Shown here piece by piece: positions 59,689 to 64,000 of a stretch of 64,000 nucleotides of DNA. A model generated the notes under the pieces. It did no database searches. It was given only the letters and a program-made list of their open reading frames with translations, and had not been told where the DNA came from. The DNA is taken from IMG/VR virus record IMGVR_UViG_3300028829_002760, positions 1-64,000 of that record; one strand, given 5' to 3'. The stretch's first letter is position 1. Every line of letters starts with the position of its first letter. The translations under genes and the position numbers were made by a program. The DNA is from a virus.

Positions 59689-60666
59689 ATGATTTCAACA
59701 AAAATAATTATTAATGACCTTAATCAAATACCTAGAGAATGGGTGTTTGAATTTTATTTAAATCTTACTGAAAGACTTTCTGGTCAGAGTTTAAAGATTA
59801 AATCTGTATTTAGTAGTAAAGATAAAGTACCTTCTATGTGTATCTATATTGATAACAATGGAAGATATAAATTTAAAGATTTTTCATCAGGATATGGTGG
59901 GGACGGTTTAAATTTAGTTATGCATTTATTCAACCTAGAAAATAGAGGTAGAGCTTCTTTTAAGGTAATGGATGATTATAACGAGTATATTTCTAATAAT
60001 ACTTATGTACCTCTTGAATATAAACCTGAAAGTAAATATGCAATTTCTGATTATGAAATTAGACACTGGACAACATTAGATAAATCTTATTGGCAGATTT
60101 ATAAATTAAATTCTACTGTTTTAGGTAATTATAATGTTCATCCGTTGTCTTTCTATAAAATGATTAAAGAAGATGAAGGTAGAATATTAGACTCCTTTAG
60201 TATAAAAGGTAATTTTATTTATGGATATTTTAGAGAAGATGGTTCTTTATATAAGATCTATACTCCTAAAAATAAAGACAACAAGTTTATTAAAGTTTCT
60301 GATTATATACAAGGTAGTGATCAAATAAAATTTGATTTTAAATATCTTATAATACTTTCATCACTGAAAGATTTAATGTGTTTTAAATTATTGCAAATTG
60401 GTAATACTGAATGTATTGCTCCAGATAGTGAGAATAGTATAATCCCTACTAATTTTATGAAAACTTATTTAGATAAGTTTAGTAAAATTATTGTATTGTT
60501 TGATAATGATGAGCCTGGTATTAAATCAGCCAAAAAATATCAAAAACAATATAAGATAGATTATATAAATCTAGAATTATCAAAAGATCTTTCAGATTCT
60601 ATAAAAGATCATGGTATAGATAAAGTTAGATCAGAAGTATTTCAATTACTAAAAAATAAATTATGA
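59689..60666 (+). CDS. DNA primase (TOPRIM)
   Basis: DKVPS..FKDFSSG..GD, SSLKD, FDNDEPG and KDLSD motifs. Confidence 0.85.
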   Translation: MISTKIIINDLNQIPREWVFEFYLNLTERLSGQSLKIKSVFSSKDKVPSMCIYIDNNGRYKFKDFSSGYGGDGLNLVMHLFNLENRGRASFKVMDDYNEYISNNTYVPLEYKPESKYAISDYEIRHWTTLDKSYWQIYKLNSTVLGNYNVHPLSFYKMIKEDEGRILDSFSIKGNFIYGYFREDGSLYKIYTPKNKDNKFIKVSDYIQGSDQIKFDFKYLIILSSLKDLMCFKLLQIGNTECIAPDSENSIIPTNFMKTYLDKFSKIIVLFDNDEPGIKSAKKYQKQYKIDYINLELSKDLSDSIKDHGIDKVRSEVFQLLKNKL

Positions 60667-61091
60667 GTTGGTTGTATAAAGCAGTAGAATTTACTGATGA
60701 AATGATTCCTGAAGAAGCTATAGGTTTTGTATATGAGATGGAAGCAATTGTTGATGGTAAACCTGTACGTTATATAGGTAAAAAAAACTTTTTTAGTAAT
60801 AGAAAGAAAAAATTTGGTAAAAAGAAATTAGCTGCTGTTAAAGATAAACGTAGTAAAAAGTATGAAATAATTACCAAGTTAAGTTATCAAAACTATTATA
60901 GTAGTAATAAAGTTTTACAAGATGCACATAAAGCAGGAGTCCCGATAAAAAGATATATAGTAAGAATATGTTTTTCTAAAACAGAATTAACATATTATGA
61001 AACTAAATTTCAATTTCAAAGGGAAGTCTTAGAAAAAGAAGAATACCTAAATGGAAACATATTAGGTAAATTTTACAAATTTAAATCATAA
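60663..61091 (+). CDS. GIY-YIG endonuclease (T4 endonuclease II-like)
   Basis: GFVY..RYIGKK..YYSS..E..LNGNI. Confidence 0.75.
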   Translation: MSWLYKAVEFTDEMIPEEAIGFVYEMEAIVDGKPVRYIGKKNFFSNRKKKFGKKKLAAVKDKRSKKYEIITKLSYQNYYSSNKVLQDAHKAGVPIKRYIVRICFSKTELTYYETKFQFQREVLEKEEYLNGNILGKFYKFKS

Positions 61092-61097
61092 AAAGTT

Positions 61098-61526
61098 ATG
61101 GAAAAAAAGGTTATAGAAGAAACAGATATTATGGCAATCCTATTTGAACTTCATCAAGCAGGTGTTACAGGAGTAAATATATATTATGAAGGTAGTGGGG
61201 ATAGTGGTTGTATTGAATCTGCAGTGTTTACAAAAAATAAATTAAGTGATGTTGAAGATACGGCATTTGATGAAATAACTCAAATAGATGCGTGGGATGG
61301 TGCAGGAAGTTTAGGTAAAGTATTTCCAGAGATATATGTAAAATTAGAAGAATTTGTTACTGATTGTATCTTAGATGATATTGAAGATTGGTGGAACAAT
61401 GATGGTGGGTATGGTACTTTATGTATAATAGTTCCTTCTGGTAAATATAAAGTATATAATAGTATACGTTATACTAAAACAGAAGACTATTACCATGAAG
61501 GTGAGCTACTTGAAAAAACAAACTAA
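61098..61526 (+). CDS. Acidic hypothetical protein (DUF6878-like)
   Basis: YEGSGDSG and WWNNDGGYG motifs. Confidence 0.6.
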   Translation: MEKKVIEETDIMAILFELHQAGVTGVNIYYEGSGDSGCIESAVFTKNKLSDVEDTAFDEITQIDAWDGAGSLGKVFPEIYVKLEEFVTDCILDDIEDWWNNDGGYGTLCIIVPSGKYKVYNSIRYTKTEDYYHEGELLEKTN

Positions 61527-61528
61527 TT

Positions 61529-61870
61529 ATGGCACATCCTAACATACATGCTAAATCCTCTGTAAAAAAATGGGGTGGTAAACCTGAAGATTATATTCAT
61601 ATACACGAATGGTTTGATGCAACTAAAGCCTGGATAGGTCATAGTAAGCATAGAATGTTTAGACATCATTCAGAAGGTATATTTGAATGTGAAGAATATT
61701 TTGGTAAATCATTTACAAATTCAGATGGTAAAACTGTATATACAAGATATGTTGGGGAACAACATGTAAAAGAAGACTGTAATAACTACATACCTTCTGC
61801 AAAAGAATGGGTAGATAATATTAATGAACCTGTTAAATGGATGGTTAAAACACTAAAAATTGAAGATTAA
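61529..61870 (+). CDS. His-rich hypothetical protein (DUF6915-like)
   Basis: MAHP..HA.SS..WGG..EDY..IH.WFD..HR..RHH..EQHV.ED. Confidence 0.65.
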   Translation: MAHPNIHAKSSVKKWGGKPEDYIHIHEWFDATKAWIGHSKHRMFRHHSEGIFECEEYFGKSFTNSDGKTVYTRYVGEQHVKEDCNNYIPSAKEWVDNINEPVKWMVKTLKIED

Positions 61871-62262
61871 TGATTTTTGACAAAGAAGAAACAAGAAATA
61901 TTTTAAATATGTTAAGATCTCCAGATAAGGAGAATCATACAATTGCATTTGAAACATTAAAAAATGCTGATTTTAATAAATACATGGGAGAGTTAATTGT
62001 GATATACAAGTATAGTGGTCATTTACTTGAGTATTGGCAAGAAGGCTGTCTTGATGCATATAAAATTTTAATTAATACCGTACCTGATCATTCATTAACA
62101 AGTCCTAAAACGTTAAGTCTTGTTAAAGAAATGAAAGGTTCTTCTACTGCAGTAGAAGTTTTTATGGAATATTTTATTAAAGATATGACTAAAATGTTAC
62201 ATGCAATTGGATATCCAACTGATGCGTTTGAAGTTAATATAAAATTAAAAGAAAATGAATAA
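61870..62262 (+). CDS. Hypothetical protein
   Basis: 130 aa ORF. Confidence 0.6.
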   Translation: MIFDKEETRNILNMLRSPDKENHTIAFETLKNADFNKYMGELIVIYKYSGHLLEYWQEGCLDAYKILINTVPDHSLTSPKTLSLVKEMKGSSTAVEVFMEYFIKDMTKMLHAIGYPTDAFEVNIKLKENE

Positions 62263-63436
62263 ACAAAGAAGTTTAAGTAAAGTTAGTAAAGATTTAATGC
62301 TTAAAGAACCTTATTATGGGTTCTTTCTTATTATGCTTAATAAAGTATGGAGTAATAATCTTCCTACAGCAGGTGTAAGTAAACAAAATATAAATTTTCA
62401 ACTTGCAATTAACCCTGAATTTTGGGAAAGTTTATCTGAAAATCATATGATGGGTTTATTAAAACATGAACTACTTCATATTGCTTTTAATCATCTTACT
62501 ACATTTAGTATGTTTCAAGATAAAAAACTTGCTAATATAGCAATGGACATGGAGATCAATCAATATATTGATAAAGACTATTTACCTGAAGGTGGTATTG
62601 ATATAGATACTTATTCACCTGAATTAGATCTTGATAGACGTGCTGGTAGTAGATATTATTATGATAAACTAAAACAATTCCAAGATAAAAAAGATCAAAA
62701 TGGTAGTTGTGGTTGTGAAGATATGGATGGTTTATTAGATGATGTAAAAAATGGTAAAGGTCCTGATCATAGTACTTGGGAAGAATTTGAAGACTTACCA
62801 GAAGCTGAGAAAAAGTTAATTGAAAAACAATTACAAAAAGTTCTTAGTGATGCTAAAGAACAAACTATTAAAAAACAAGGCAATATTCCAGGTGAAATGC
62901 AAGGTAGAATTATTGTAGAAGAAATAATTCCACCCAAATTTGATTGGAGAGGGTTTATTAGGAGGTTTACAGGTGTAAGTACCAAAGTTTTTACTAAAAA
63001 GATTAGAAGAAAAGAGAATCGTAGATTTGACGATAATCCTGGTCTTAAAGTAAAAATGAGACAGCATATGTTATTAGGTATTGATACTTCAGGATCTGTA
63101 AGTAATAATGAACTTAAAGAATTTATGAATGAAATTCATCATATTTATAAATGTGGTGTGGACATAACCATAGTTCAATGCGATACTCAAATTAAATCAA
63201 TTGAACCTTACAAAGGTAAAAATGATTTAGAAGTATTAGGTAGAGGAGGGACTTATTTTGACCCTGTTTTAGAATATTTTAATGCTAATCTAGGCAAGTA
63301 TACAAGTCTTGTATATTTTACTGATGGTGAAGCAACTGCATATGTAAAACCTAGAGGTCATGTGTTATGGGTTCTATCCGAGCAATCTTATTTAAATGAA
63401 GATTTACCAGGTAAAGTAATAAAATTAGAATTATGA
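62255..63436 (+). CDS. DUF2201-type metallopeptidase plus VWA domain protein
   Basis: HELLH zincin motif; DTSGS MIDAS, GRGGT, FTDG. Confidence 0.85.
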   Translation: MNKQRSLSKVSKDLMLKEPYYGFFLIMLNKVWSNNLPTAGVSKQNINFQLAINPEFWESLSENHMMGLLKHELLHIAFNHLTTFSMFQDKKLANIAMDMEINQYIDKDYLPEGGIDIDTYSPELDLDRRAGSRYYYDKLKQFQDKKDQNGSCGCEDMDGLLDDVKNGKGPDHSTWEEFEDLPEAEKKLIEKQLQKVLSDAKEQTIKKQGNIPGEMQGRIIVEEIIPPKFDWRGFIRRFTGVSTKVFTKKIRRKENRRFDDNPGLKVKMRQHMLLGIDTSGSVSNNELKEFMNEIHHIYKCGVDITIVQCDTQIKSIEPYKGKNDLEVLGRGGTYFDPVLEYFNANLGKYTSLVYFTDGEATAYVKPRGHVLWVLSEQSYLNEDLPGKVIKLEL

Positions 63437-63621
63437 TTTGTTGTATATGTGATAATGAATTTGACCAATATGAAGAAACAACTATTGGTCAAATGACAGT
63501 TAGAAATAAAGGTGGACATAATCCTTCTCCTGTTAAAGAAGAAGGAAGATGTTGCACAAAATGTAATTTTGAAGTAGTCATTCCAAAAAGACTAGAAGTA
63601 ATAACTAATACAGAAAAATAA
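63433..63621 (+). CDS. Small Zn-finger protein
   Basis: CCIC..GHNP.P..GRCC.KCN. Confidence 0.6.
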   Translation: MICCICDNEFDQYEETTIGQMTVRNKGGHNPSPVKEEGRCCTKCNFEVVIPKRLEVITNTEK

Positions 63622-63625
63622 TAAA

Positions 63626-64000
63626 ATGAGTGATCAAACACAATTAAACGTAGGAGAATTAAAAGACTTTATTAAACACATGGTTAAGAATAACCAGCAA
63701 ATACAAGCTGAAGGTAAAGTTCCTGTAGCTATTAATATTGAAGGTGATGCGGGTCTTGGTAAGACTTCTGCTATTATGCAACTTGGTAATGAATTAGAAA
63801 TGCAAGTTGTAAAGTTGAATTTATCACAGTTAGAAGAATTAGGTGACCTTGTTGGTTTTCCTGTAAAAGAATTTCAAATTCAAAATAAAGAAGGTCAAAC
63901 TACTTGGATCAATGAATCTCAAATAAATGCGGCAAGTACAAAAGGTTACAAAGTAATTAGTAAAAGAATGTCTCATGCAGCACCTGAATGGATTGAAGGT
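63626..64000 (+). CDS. MoxR-like AAA+ ATPase, truncated by window end (not in ORF track)
   Basis: MSDQTQLN...IEGDAGLGKT...LSQLEELGDLVGFP...APEW; downstream of VWA gene. Confidence 0.8.
   Translation, partial: MSDQTQLNVGELKDFIKHMVKNNQQIQAEGKVPVAINIEGDAGLGKTSAIMQLGNELEMQVVKLNLSQLEELGDLVGFPVKEFQIQNKEGQTTWINESQINAASTKGYKVISKRMSHAAPEWIEG

Larger units (their letters stand above)
1..64000. mobile_element. crAss-like (Crassvirales-type) bacteriophage genome segment
   Basis: Adjacent TerL-portal-scaffold-MCP block, podovirus tail genes, divergent replication arm (DnaB, primase, AAA); no housekeeping operons or integrase seen. Confidence 0.9.

Noticed and set aside
1-64000. Stop-codon reassignment as in some crAss-like phages
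   Set aside because: Core genes are uninterrupted in the standard code and TAG and TGA both act as real stops (portal ends TAG; ATGA overlaps)

Overview
AT-rich 64 kb segment of a tailed dsDNA phage with crAss-like (Crassvirales-type) organisation, probably infecting a Bacteroidota/Flavobacteria host (inferred from TAnnTTTG promoter-like motifs and A-rich, SD-less leaders). 1-38.4 kb is a minus-strand virion/packaging/lysis arm: tail stabiliser and ring proteins, Cys-rich fibre-like proteins, Dps-like protein, major capsid, scaffold, portal, terminase, amidase, spanin/holin candidates, GroES and a metallophosphoesterase. After a strand switch at about 38.5 kb, the plus strand carries early cassettes, two structured non-coding regions, a TerD-like protein, a PNKP-type phosphatase, and DNA metabolism genes (HNH, SF2 helicase, ClpS, SplB-like radical SAM, UNG, DnaB, AAA, primase, GIY-YIG, VWA/MoxR). 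The standard genetic code fits. Most notable: (1) three tandem RNA stem-loops with covarying stems and an invariant GUUCCUAUU motif directly upstream of the TerD-like gene and phosphatase; (2) a hairpin whose loop is complementary to an AACCAACA motif beside five late-gene start codons; (3) a 600-bp run of hairpins; (4) GCTAACCC-led early cassettes; (5) small genes joined by AAACCAAAACAAAGATG junction repeats. All assignments come from motif recognition by eye; no searches were run.
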